A stretch of DNA of 64,000 nt from a virus. Both the position numbers and the translations under genes were made by a program. Under the pieces are notes generated by a model that was given only the letters and a program-made list of their open reading frames with translations, ran no database searches and was not told where the DNA came from. The stretch is from IMG/VR virus record IMGVR_UViG_3300034104_005002, positions 97,055-161,054 of that record. One strand, written 5' to 3'. Below, one piece after another: positions 51,946 to 64,000 of this stretch; position 1 is the stretch's first letter, and the number at the start of each line of letters is the position of its first letter.

Positions 51946-52848
51946 TCACACAATATTGTTTATAAAATTCCTATCAGGAACGAGGCTCTGCTGATTCCTC
52001 AACATTGTACCATTAAACCCGTCCATTAGCAAGAGGTTGTACCCTCGGCTCCAGGCGCTCTGCAGACCAGAAACATTAGACCGAAGAGGCCAAGAGTGGT
52101 CCGTATCAAATATAATTGGCTTATTACTCTTAGAGAATTGTCCTTTACTTAGGGCAGTAAAAGTCGGACCAAACCAATCTGCTCCTGTATTTTTCATCCA
52201 TACTGATTCATCTCTACCACTAGATGCTCTAATCCCCCGAGCATAAGAAACGCCAACTGGTTTATTCGTCCACTTGTTAATCCATTTTACAACTTGTCTT
52301 TGGAACCAGTTGGCGGATTGAGACATCAACTCATTTCCAACCTCATAAATGACATTATCATAAGGTTCAAGAATTTCTACGACTTCTTTAACATGGGCTC
52401 TTTGAAATTTATTCCAGGGGCCTCTTGTATGAACAAGTTCGTGTGCCTTTGGTCCTAGACCATTGAATGGATGATTCTCCCAGGCTAGGGGAAAAATATC
52501 AGGAATAGAACCTTCAAAAAGAACGACTCCGGTTACAATGTCTCTTTTTTCGGCTCTTTTTACGGCATCTTCTAGATTTTTATAAAAATTCTTGTTTAGA
52601 GAACCGTCTTTCTTCCAGGGACCGTTTTTGATTCTTACAATACCGGGAGTATTACTACCCCATTGTGATTGAGAAAAGTTTGCTCCTTTTGTTTCTACTG
52701 TCCAGAGTCTTGTGAAGTTCCCGGTTATCTTATCAATTCCTATTTTTTCACCACCAATTGTCTGAACAGTGTTCCAGGTGTGATTACCAGCAAGGCGAAT
52801 TTTCTTTCCGTCTTTGTAGAAATTTTTACCTTTTATGGTGATAGCCAT
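51946..52848 (-). CDS. glycoside-hydrolase-like TIM-barrel protein (late)
   Basis: NFTRLW, VIYEVGNE, PIIFDTDH; CTAAATA at about 52870. Confidence 0.55.
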   Translation of the reverse strand: MAITIKGKNFYKDGKKIRLAGNHTWNTVQTIGGEKIGIDKITGNFTRLWTVETKGANFSQSQWGSNTPGIVRIKNGPWKKDGSLNKNFYKNLEDAVKRAEKRDIVTGVVLFEGSIPDIFPLAWENHPFNGLGPKAHELVHTRGPWNKFQRAHVKEVVEILEPYDNVIYEVGNELMSQSANWFQRQVVKWINKWTNKPVGVSYARGIRASSGRDESVWMKNTGADWFGPTFTALSKGQFSKSNKPIIFDTDHSWPLRSNVSGLQSAWSRGYNLLLMDGFNGTMLRNQQSLVPDRNFINNIV

Positions 52849-53042
52849 AATCTTATTAAGAATTCCGACTATTTAGGGTTAGTCCCATATGATAAAGAAG
52901 TCTGATGCTGAAGATGATTCAGTTTTGGTTTCTGCTACAATTTTAAATGTACTTTTAAGTTTATCTAAAGTATAATCTACTTCCCAACAACCCCAAAAAG
53001 CTACGACAAGGACAAGAGTGGCTTCACCCATATAATGCGTTG

Positions 53043-56000
53043 CTACCCCACTACTCGGTTGACAAGCACGGATCTAATCTTGCCGGCGAAGGTAACATTC
53101 TCATTATAGGCTATCCTGGAAGCGTAGACCGGTTCGCCATTGGATGTCTCAAGATTTGAAGCTCTAACAATTCTTGGTTCACTTTCAAGAGCCATGGAAA
53201 CCGTACTAACCGACAGCTGAGCCTCTTCAGAGATTTGTTCAATAGTAAACCAAATGTTTTCGGGAGAGAATCTTGGCTTAATTTTTTTCCCCATTATTGT
53301 CTTCCACTGTACTTTGTGCTTGCGGGAAGGTTTATTCTTTTCGGCCCAGTCGTTGATGATACTTAGGCACTTTTTAAGATGTTCGTCTTGTTCTTGTTCA
53401 GTCATTACTATGCTCCATACAGATTTTAATACTCGATAAACAACAGTTCCATCCATTGTCAAAATCATCATAAATCGGGTCTTGTGATTCTGGAATAACA
53501 TCCTGAAAGTGTGTCAAAACCTCATCTACTGCCATATTGACTTTTACACTCCAATGGGTTCTCTCATACTCGGGGTCATAAAAGACAGATTTGATACCAT
53601 CAAAAAGTTTTTGGCGAAACTCACTTGCGGGTTCTCTCAAATCCACATAACCTCTTTCGTCAATGGGTGCATTAAGTATCCGTTGGAGGTACTTATTTGG
53701 AGTTGATTCTGGTGGAGGGGGATTCTTCTTTTAGTTCATATTCTCCTACTTCATTAGAAGTATATGTATTTTTGGCCCATTCTAACCACTGGTCAGCGGT
53801 CATATTATAATACCCATTAGGTCCGACACTAGAAAGTAATTCTCCAAATATAAGTGCTACTGTTTTCCAGTCATTACTTTCTGGTTTAGTATCCCTAATG
53901 ATTTTATTAGCATCTTTAACTAATGATTGATGGGCCTCATAGCCTTTTTTAAAAACAACCCAAAAAGGTTCTCCCATAGGATACGCCCCATAAATTGTTT
54001 TATAAGCCTCTTCTGCGGGAGTTTTTGTTTTTTCTATCTCTTCAAGAAACTCCAATTTACTTTGAAGTACCTTGATTTCTGATTTTACCTTTTCGATTTC
54101 GTTATCAAAAGTCATTTTCAAATTCCTCCAATTGTTGTTTCTTAATCTCTAGAATTCTTCCGGTCTCTTTATGAACAAGTTCCTGAAGTTCTAATTCGCG
54201 TGTCATCAAATGTTGGGGTCCGAGTAAATCGTGATAAACCTCAATTCTTGCCATATGGCACATATGAAGCAGCTCAAAAAAATCTTTCTCAAGTTGAATT
54301 CCCTCACCTAGCTCCCTACCCAAAAGAGTCTCACAAACAGACTTATGGGCAATGAATTGGAAGTCCCACCACCTCCCATAAGGGTCAATTTCTTCTTCTA
54401 CGTGAGAAGGAGAACATCCATAATCATCATAATCCTCGACGGAGATATAAACAAATTCTCCGCAAGATTGATTATTGTCCCAATAACGTTCATTAAAGTG
54501 AGACAGACTTAGAATAGAGTGTGTAGTAAATTTTTTGATGCCTCCAAAACTATATGTTGGTTTTACGAAAGCAACGAAAACTGGTTCGCCAGCACTGATT
54601 TCAGTACGAGTGATGCAACAAGAAGCAGAAAAACATCCCATGATAATTAAGTGTGTTGGATTTTAATAAAGTACAATATCGTCATTATCTTCATAATCAT
54701 TAACAATCTGAACATTATATAATCTATGTTCAAGTATTGCATCCACCATACGAGCAAGCATTGAATCATCCCTCACCTTCATTATTTCTTCTATGGCCTT
54801 TGACCTAGTAATTCTTATAGTGCTATATGGGCTCATAAATTTTCAATCCTTGGTATAATGTTGAGCATTTACAGTCTCGGCTATTAAAATCTTTTCAAAG
54901 GCTTCTCCAATACTGTCTGCGATTCCCTCATAATGGTCAACCCCATCAGGACCAGTAATTAGTTTCCAGCGATAATTATTATCTTGTGGTTGGTAAATGA
55001 TTTCAATTTTCATTTGCACTCTCTTTTCAGTTGATTTACAAGGTCTTTTGCTTGGTCTAGAAATGCCCTTGATTGATGTGCCCGATCCTTATGAATCAAA
55101 GTCCAATCAGGTTTCTCTGTGCTTTCAAGGACACATCCGGGTCCAATCGTCCCCCGTGTGTATTCGATTGCAGTCCAAAGTCGTTCAAGTTGTTCTTTGG
55201 TGATTGTGGTTTTCATAATTTGCCCCTCAATCCTTAATGAGGTCTACAAGGTCATAAAATTCATTATACACCTCTTCAAGACCACTAGCGTGCCCTTTAT
55301 CCCAGGCAAGTTCAAACGCCCTGTGCCTTTTAGGGTTATCGCTCACATTAAAATTTTCAAAGAGGTCATTGATAAACTCTCCATGAAGTTTATGAACTTC
55401 CTCAACATACTGTTTTTGATGTGTCTTATATCCTTCTTCATTAAGAACTTCTTGGATTACCGCGTTAGGATACTCATCCATCAATTGCCTTTTGGATTTT
55501 TGAAACCCAAAAGATTTAGTAACACAAATCCCTTTATCATAAACATAAAGGGTGATATAATCTTTTTTGTTAGGGTATTGAATTTGATAATTGGAGTAAT
55601 ATTCAAAGGGTTTCATAAAAAGTCTCCTGTGTGTATGAGGTCATTATAAGGCAAAAAGGGACACCAGTGAAGCGCCCATGTGTCAGTTCTTCAAGTGTCC
55701 GTTGTTAGTTCATAATTCTCAAGTAACCATCTTTCGTAATGCAAAAAATTTATACTAAAGATAAACTTTCCAATAGTAAATTCTATCCAAATCAGAGAGC
55801 CATCATTAATCTCAAAAATACTCCTGAAGTAAAATTTCGGGAGTAATGTTGAATCAATTTCCGAAAAATAAAATGAAAAGAGTGTCTTTCTACCGAATGG
55901 TAGGATATTTAAACGAAATTCGTTGGTTCCTTTGCTATAATGACTTTCAAACAGTTTCATTTTCTTTACAATAATGGTTATATTCCCAACGATGTGCCAT

Positions 56001-57876
56001 TTCTACAAAGTCTTTGCTGATTAGACAGTCTTCATTTCCAGTCTCATAAATTTTATCCCAGTCAATGGGATTTTCTTTGCTCCATTCTTCATAGGTTAGT
56101 TTAGTCATCGTTCAGCAACCACCTCAAAATCGTTTATAACAATAGATCTTTTACTTTTAGCAAGAATTCCTTGATTTGGAAAATAAGGAACTGCTATAAG
56201 ATTATAATAGGGAATCTTTTGTTCATAAAGTTTGTAAAGATGTCCATCTTTCTTGTATCGGTAGAGTTTCATTTTTCAAATTTCTTTTTAAGTTTTAGGT
56301 AAAGTCCATACTCATCAGTAGACTGTTTAATTTTGGCTTCTACAATATGATGCCTAATATAATCATCAGCGGACATTTTATCAACCTCATCGATAATTTC
56401 GCAAATAACAATCTCATCAGAAATCGCAAGATGTCTACCTAGTTCTTCTTCGTATTCGTTAACAGTATCAATTCCGGCGTTGTCCATAAGTTCTTGGCCA
56501 GCTGCTACAACCGCTTCTGGAAGGCTTTGTTCGCTAAAAACTTCTAATTTTGTGGACTCAAAGGTAGTTAATCCCGCACCAAGAGTGTCTCTTAAGATAA
56601 TGTAGGTCACTTCAGTTCCTCAAAATTTCTCTTCAATTTCTTGTTTTGTTGCCATCTCCACATTAGGATAACTGACGTCCTCGTAATCATACAATTGAAA
56701 ATCTTCAATCAGGTCTGTAACGACATTATCACACAGGTAATCAGTAAAAAATCCCGTATCAAGTTCTCCATCACTCGTAAGCATATCATTCTTATGCTTT
56801 TCAGGGTCAAACCTCACATAAAAAGTTACTTTATAACCTTTTAAATTTTCTAAAGCATTATTTATTTTTTGCTGTTCTTTATGTTTTTGAATTTGAAGTT
56901 CAAGTTCGTTAAGTTGCTCTTCAGTCAGCTGTGAAACGTCAATCATTTCAACTCCTCCAGTGTATTCGCAATTTCAAGAATGTTCTTTTCAGTAATACCA
57001 ATATACTTGAGTTCTTCTACAACTTTACGAAGAGCAGCAACGGCAATAATGTGAGGATGAGATTGTTCCATATTACCCCAGTCAAATCTCACTTCTTCAA
57101 TAGCATCTGCAACTGCTTGTGCTTCTTTAAGCATTTTCATTTCATTCATCTTTCAATTGACGGATTTCACTTTTAAGTTCTTCTTTTAGTTGAGAAATTT
57201 GAATTTTAAGTTCTTCAATATTATCATAAAGTTGTTCTAAATGGTTTGCAAGTTCTATACTATCAACTTTATATTCAGAGAGAGCCCCCATTCTCGTAAG
57301 GTCTCTATGTATTGTGTCCCAAAGTGTTTCCATAAGGTCTCCTGTGTTTATGAGTGTATCATAAGGCAAAATCCACTCCACCACAAGGCAGAGTGGACGG
57401 TTGTTTAAGTGTCTCAGTTAAAAAGCCTCAAGATTTTTTGAGCATCATAACTAAGACTTTTCAGGTCTTCGTCTCCAAATGGATTGGTGATTTTGGTTCC
57501 AGTCGGCAATTGTTCTTTAATTCGGTTGAGTCCGTTTACGGTGAGTATTGCGGTTTCTTTTTGACCAACAGATTCACCAACAACACCCCCCAAACAAAAC
57601 CCCAATCCAAAAACAAACCCCAAAAATACAATAAGAAGCACGCCGCCTGTAAAAGAATCATCGTTGTTCATAATTCAATCCTCAAAGACTAAGACGACGA
57701 CCAAGAAGAACACCAAGTCCACCACCAAGAGAGAATACTGCAAACTCTCGGAGAGGATTGTGACTGTATTTACGAACAATCATTTGACTCTCAGGAACAG
57801 TAACAGTTTTTCCATCTGAATCCTTAACTGCAACTTGTTGTTGGACAGGGGCAGATTGTCGGTTGTTATCGAACAT
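53043..57876 (-). other. run of hypothetical early ORFs (53043, 53398, 53693, 54105, 55010, 55227, 55691, 56269, 56620, 56943, 57142, 57414, 57682)
   Basis: packed co-oriented ORFs. Confidence 0.55.
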
Positions 57877-57879
57877 ATA

Positions 57880-58030
57880 GTAATAAAAACCAATAAAATT
57901 CTATAAAACTCTATTGATTTTCTAGACGTTTCACCGCAGATGCTAAATGATGACTAGCACCATTTAGTCTTAATTCCGCTCCACGTCCGTAATCGACATA
58001 CTCTGCCGATGTTAATTCTTGACCCGAAAG
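57880..58030 (-). ncRNA. putative TnpB omegaRNA / right end
   Basis: 13-bp GU-containing hairpin AATCAATAGAGTT/AATTTTATTGGTT at the tnpB stop; extent inferred from family knowledge. Confidence 0.45.
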
Positions 58031-59107
58031 GTCTGACCATCCTTTTTTGAGGATGTTGATAGAGGCATTTAGGTCTCTATCGTGATTAGAACCACAAGAA
58101 GGACAAGTCCATTCTCTAATGTTTAGAGGCATTTGGTCCTCTTTATGACCACAATTAGAACAAGTTTTACTTGATGGATAAAATCGGTCTATTTTAACCA
58201 GAGTTTTTCCGTACCAATTACACTTGTATTTTAACATATCCACAAAAGTAGACCAAGAGGCATCGCTAATGGATTTAGCAAGTTTGTGGTTTTTTAACAT
58301 TCCGGAAACATTTAGGTCTTCAACAACAATTAAATCAAAAGTCTTGACAAGTTGTGTTGAAACATTATGAAGAAAATATGTTCTTGAGTTGGTAATATTT
58401 TCATAAACCTTAGCAACTTTAATACGTTGTCTATTGTAACGATTACTACCTTTGGTCTTCCGACTTAAATGTTTCTGTGCTTTTTTAAGTTTAGATTGGT
58501 TCTTTCTAAACCATTTGGGATTGTTAATGACTTGCCCATTACTTAAGATGAACAAATCCTTTAAACCCAAATCAATACCTACTACTTTACCAGTTGAGGG
58601 TATTGGGTTGAGTTCTTGTTGAACTAAAATCGAAACAAAATATTTGTCAGTTGGAGTTTTAGAAACAGTAATACTTCTAAAGTCGGCTTCTTCAGGGATA
58701 GTTCGGTCTAGAACAATTTTGACCCAACCAATTTTTTCAAGTCTAACTAAAGACTTTTCTTGGTCCAAAGTAAACTTTTGATTGGGTAGTCTAAATGATT
58801 GTCTGTTAAATTTTTTCTTGAACTTTGGTCGCCCAAGTTTAGTTTTTCGTTTTTTATTGAAGTATTGTTTTTTGAATTCAATAAAATCTCTTGTTTTTTG
58901 TTGGAGGGTTGCTGCAGAAACTTCCTTAAGAAACTCAAACTCCTCTTGGTCTTTTAGTGTCTTTTCATTTACTGTAGAACCATCATTATTATTAAAATTT
59001 TCAACAAGTTTGTTCCAGACAAATCTACAACAACCAAAAGTTTTAGAAAATAAAATCTCTTGTTCTTTTGTAGGATAAATCCTATATTTGTATGCCTTTA
59101 AATGCAT
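57911..59107 (-). CDS. tnpB: RNA-guided endonuclease TnpB (IS200/IS605 family)
   Basis: KAYKYRIYPT, GIDLG, VVEDL, CSNCG...CPSCG, DRDLNAS; catalytic D/E/D present; no tnpA nearby. Confidence 0.95.
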   Translation of the reverse strand: MHLKAYKYRIYPTKEQEILFSKTFGCCRFVWNKLVENFNNNDGSTVNEKTLKDQEEFEFLKEVSAATLQQKTRDFIEFKKQYFNKKRKTKLGRPKFKKKFNRQSFRLPNQKFTLDQEKSLVRLEKIGWVKIVLDRTIPEEADFRSITVSKTPTDKYFVSILVQQELNPIPSTGKVVGIDLGLKDLFILSNGQVINNPKWFRKNQSKLKKAQKHLSRKTKGSNRYNRQRIKVAKVYENITNSRTYFLHNVSTQLVKTFDLIVVEDLNVSGMLKNHKLAKSISDASWSTFVDMLKYKCNWYGKTLVKIDRFYPSSKTCSNCGHKEDQMPLNIREWTCPSCGSNHDRDLNASINILKKGWSDLSGQELTSAEYVDYGRGAELRLNGASHHLASAVKRLENQ

Positions 59108-59134
59108 CTGCTCTTAAATTCGATTGGCTTTAAC

Positions 59135-59216
59135 TATTTAGTAAATTTTATTGTTAAGGGGAGAAATAAATCTCCCCACCTGTTAAGCGCCAACCGAACA
59201 AGGCATTACTATTTAG
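59135..59216 (-). promoter_or_regulatory. two late promoters (CTAAATA) upstream of tnpB
   Basis: tatttag at about 59135 and about 59209, with a GGGGAGA...TCTCCCC hairpin between. Confidence 0.6.
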
Positions 59217-59429
59217 TCAAGTTTTTATTGAAATTTTATTTTATAGATTTTTGTATTTATATACCATACCTCGTGAGGATATATCCTGGAATTCTTTGCT
59301 TAAAGTAATTTTTAGTAATCTTCTACAGGTATTGTTTCCATAGGTTCAATAAGTAAAACAGTTGCATTGGATGATATTTCCGCATTCAATAGAGGTTCCC
59401 ACTTTTTTATAAGTTTTTCCTTTTCTTCT

Positions 59430-62400
59430 TCAGTCATTACTTACTTCCTCATAAGTTGTCTCACCCAGACAAGTTTTTCCTGTCCACATTTTACCACAAG
59501 TCAAACAATTTACTTTAAAAGTCGTTGTGTTTCTATCTGGGTTGGTATTCACTCCATTCTTATCGTATATTGGAATATATGCTACAAGAGTTGTGCTCCC
59601 ACCACTATAAGAAAATTGACAATCTTCTCTAGGACATTCAGGATTTGGGGTTTTCATTTTTTATATTTTTGTTGAATTTTAGCATATCGGTTTTTGACAT
59701 CATCATAAGATTTAATTGCATTATCAGGATTGAAAGAATTTGCTATGGTATAAAATCCTTCTCCAATAGTAGCAAATCCCATAAGAATGTATTTAAAGAA
59801 GTTAGTCATTTTTCGCCCTTCACTGGAAGGTCTACAGTATCAGGATTTTGCACATAACCAATAACAAAATGTGACCCATCATCTGTTTTTACAATTATCA
59901 TGTTATTGCTTTTAAAAATTGCCGAATTTTTACCTTTCGTCCAGTTTTTGATATAAGGATGTTCTAGAAGTTCTTGCGTTGTAGTAAATTCAAAATCAGC
60001 CCGGTCTAGTTCTCTTATGTCAACAAACCCAGGAACTCTTTGTCTAAAGTAGTTTTTATTCATTTTTCATCAATACTCCCAACCAAAGATATTCAATTCA
60101 AACATTTTATCTTTCCAAATTTTAAACCCAAGTGATATAAAACTACTCCTATCATTAAAAATAAAATAATTTTTGCGATATTTAGAAATACTAAAAATAA
60201 TTAAACTTCTGTCTTTGTAGAAATGAGGAAGAATATAATGTGTAATCAGTTTCTTTTTCTTTTGGTTTTTATTAACAATAAAATAAGATTGTGAATAAAG
60301 TTTAATCATTTTTTATACCAACTATCAATAATATCGTATGCATTATCACGCAAAGTTTTTTCATCCATAACGAGTTCCCCATTAGAGTTTCTTATTTCAA
60401 TAGGGTAAGAAAGATTCTCATCAATTTCAAATGCTACTCTACTCAGCAAACTATCTAAACTATCAGATACTAATTCCCCGCACCTTTTATGGTAATGGCC
60501 ATAAACGTATATGTAATTTTCTTTAGTCATTTTAATTACCAATCAAAACATCAAGTATAGTCCTTTGTTCTTCTCTATAAAAAACACCAACCATAAAAGA
60601 AAGGCCATCTGCTTCATAAATTATTTTCTTCGCAGTAATATGAGAAACTTTATCCTTCTCTAGTTCTTCTGGTGTAGCATATTCAAGATATAGGGAGTAT
60701 TCTAGTTCATTAAACTCTTTTGAAGGCTTAATGTCGTCAGTACTATATGTTTTTCTCTTTCTCATCAGAAGTAATATTTAGGTCAGTATAAGCAAGAATA
60801 TTCATAATCTTATCCATAGTTCTTGTTCTTACCTCTTCTGGAAACTTTCCACCATAATTTATCACTCTCAGGCTATTGTAGAGGGTATCATGGATTACGT
60901 ATAGGTCTGCACAAGTTAATTGATGTTTCATTTAGGATTAATATCAGTAGGTAAATCAACAATAAGGGCATTAAGGAAAGTACCTCCCTTATCATCAGGA
61001 ACTCCCCTAAACATAATTTGAGGGAAGGTATAATCTTTAAACCCAGTAGATTTATAAACTGCGTTATAACGACGCAATAGGTCTTCAAAGTCCCTCATAA
61101 AGTTATCTACGTGTCTTTGTTCGTATTCAGTCATAATAACCTATGTTTAAAATACCATAAAATTCATCATACCAAGTCCATCCAAGTGTTTTTCTATTTG
61201 TTGTCTCATAGTCCGTAGTCATTATAGCACCCCACACTTGAAATGCACACCAGGAAATTGGGAATCCACTATAAAACCCATATAGTTTCATTGCAACATT
61301 ATGAGGTACGCGATTCATTATCCAACGCAACCAGTTTGGACAATACATTAGGAGTTCATAATCAGGGCAATTCATTTTTCGTCTGCCCATTCTGGAAAAT
61401 TCATAAAATACCCCTCCCCATTATGATTTTTACATAAAATGTTGCTACAAGAAAGCCAATAATCAAAGTCTTTACTTTCTGGTCGCGCTTCCAGAAGAGA
61501 TTGATTACATAAGTATTCTAACACAGGACTTCCACAATCCGCACATTCAGCAACAATTCCTAGACAATCTTTTGATTTCATTTTTTGTCCACCCACTTAA
61601 AGTTTAAAAAGTTTCGCATAAAGAAGCGAACAATTCTATTTGGTTTTTTTGTCATATAGAATTTTACGTCTGGTTCAACAAAATAATATCCAACACTATT
61701 TTTACTAGGATTTAGATTAAACTCGGTTCCACAACTATAACTACTAACAGTTATTCCTGTTCCGGTTGTAATGAAAGTAACTGGAAGACTGAAATATCCA
61801 TAAGTCTTGGCATACTCAAATCTACTATTTGCCTGGTCACATTTAAGTTTGAACTTATGTTCGGCACTTTCTTTAGATAAGGCAAATTTCCTCTTGGTTT
61901 TTACCAAAAGGTCAACAAATTTACTATCTAGTTCTTGTTTGAATTCTTCTAAAGATTTTGGCGGTTTTGGTATATCAAGAACATGTTTGATTTCATCAAA
62001 ATACTCATAATCCTCGGGAAATTCAATTAAACCAAGTAAATATGGTAGAGTATCTATTTTTTCCCACTTAAGTTTATCTACGTTAATTTTATAATATTTT
62101 GGTTGTTCAGTCATTTTTTAAAATCTCCATAATAGAATTTATACAATCTGGGCAGGGAACCTGTCTCCCTCCGCTCATTACAGTATATGTAGCGTGGTCA
62201 ATATCCTGGAATGCCCAGTCAAAACTAGAAAGTTTTTCTCCACACCAAGAAGTATTTTGTTTGTCTACGTGAGTGTGTTGGATACACCTTATGTATTCGG
62301 GTCTTGATTCGGTCATTGGCTATACTTCAGTAGCATTTTGAGTGTAGTTTTTGGCGACATATCATCAATCATATGAGGTTCAAGAAGGTCTACGAGTTCC

Positions 62401-63931
62401 TCATACTTTCTCTTATAGTCAATACCCAAGTCAACCTTATCACTTGAAAGAGCATCCCTGATGATTTCTATGGATGCTAATAATTTGTAATATTTGTCTG
62501 TGCTTGAATTTCCAAACACTTGATCCATATAAGTATTTTTATCAAAATCGTACTTATGAATGACCCTATGCACTTCATCTTCTGTTAAGGTGAAGTGAAA
62601 ATGATACTCTGGATAGGGTTTAGTGTGTGAGATTTTTGCTGCGTAATCAAAGTTCATTTTGCCCTCATTGCATTAATTACAGCGTCTCTTGCGGTTTGTC
62701 CTTTTGCGTGGTTCATAGGGAATCCAGTATTGATAAAGCACCAATTACTCTCGCCATTCATTTGTATAGAATGTGATTTGAATTGATTGAGTAGAAACTC
62801 AAGGATTTCTGTGTCCGAATAAGGTTCTTCTGTTATTTTTTCAATACACTTAACTCTCACTAATCCTTCTGCTTGTTGTTCTGCCTCCTCATATGTTGCA
62901 TATCTTGTTGCTTCATACAGGCAACACGGGTGTCCATTTTCAAAGTTGTAGGTATTATCATTGTCGTCATCATATTTAATGACGTAATATGGTTCAGTCA
63001 TTTTTGCCTCCAGGTGCATTTTTTAACCAGGCGACGTACTCATACAATTGCGTCATCATTTCTCCAAGTAGTGGGCCAGCATCCTCATGAGTTATAGATG
63101 CGTGTTGTAGTTCTCTGTTTACATCTCGGTATGAAAAATAGATTTTATTAGGTTCAGTCATTTTTACAAAACTTCTTAAAGGATTCAATAAACTTATCTG
63201 GGTCGGTATCATCAAAATATGCTACCATAGAAACAATCTCTTCTGCTACTTTTTGTGGTGTTGGAATTTCATCACTCCAATTACATAAGTATGGAGCATC
63301 ACCACCAATAAACTCCACAACCTTACACATTACTTTTTCCCAAGAATCTTCGGGTAAATCACTGAATTTCATAATCCCAAAGTCGTTGGTACACCAATCC
63401 TAGCACATCCTGGGTGGTTCCGCAAGTGTCGGTTGATACTGGAAGTTTTGCGGCCTCTTCCAAGATGAGTTCTAGTTCTATAAGTGCGAAATCAATCATT
63501 ATTCAATTCCAAAATGGGTTTTAATTTCGTCTCTAATTTCTAAAAGGGCATCAATAGTCCAATCTCTTGCGAGTTCTCCAAGAGGACTGTTTCCAATATA
63601 AATCTCATAAGTCTCAATTTTATCAATACATTCTTTCACAATTAACTCTGTAAATTTTTCAGCAAAACAATTCACGAATAATCTCATAAAGTGTCTGTGG
63701 TTTTTGTTCTTCTACTCGGTGATACTGAACTCCATTCACAATCACCATTCTTTCATCCAAATAATCAACGTGATGTTTTGGTGGTGTGCGATGATTACAA
63801 TTTGCTTGGTTAGTCATTTGTGATTTTAAATAAGGACAATTTTCTGGAGAAACACAGCCGCCTTGATGGGCACTAGTTTTTATGTCATTTGGGGCATAGC
63901 ACCATCCGCAATCATAATAGTTACAAGTCAT
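59430..63931 (-). other. run of short hypothetical ORFs (59430 to 63659), several Cys-rich
   Basis: packed, often overlapping ATGA junctions. Confidence 0.55.
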
Positions 63932-64000
63932 TTTTATCTCTATACCTTTCTTCCAAAATAGATTTTAGTTTTTCTAATGCTTGACTTCTGTAAACTTCCT

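Overview
AT-rich segment of a large T4-like (myovirus-type) cyanophage genome, most likely infecting a Synechococcus/Cyanobium-type host. This rests on T4-type late promoters (TAAATA), NtcA boxes, a cyAbrB-like domain, a pentapeptide-repeat protein and conserved cyanophage ORFs. Almost the whole window is the early/accessory region: well over 100 short minus-strand ORFs in small cassettes, most headed by one recurrent palindromic promoter element (GTGNCASTT-N4-AASTGNCAC). Recognisable genes: glycosyltransferase-like protein, several HNH endonucleases, UvrD-like helicase, pentapeptide-repeat protein, Toprim/primase-like gene (frameshifted), DEDDh exonuclease, ATPase-only terminase paralog, glycoside-hydrolase-like protein, papain-like peptidase, TnpB and tRNA-Leu(CAA). 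Best candidates for new biology: (1) an apparently complete phage-encoded ubiquitin-like conjugation operon (Ubl, JAB, E2, E1) at 24.0-27.4 kb; (2) seven dispersed copies of a non-coding plus-strand element with a covarying hairpin at 3.0-8.3 kb, each behind its own host-type promoter; (3) DGR-type variable-region targets with no RT in the window; (4) a counter-oriented late module with a structured leader encoding coiled-coil, collagen-like, papain and Tyr-rich proteins. All assignments come from motif recognition by eye; no searches were run.
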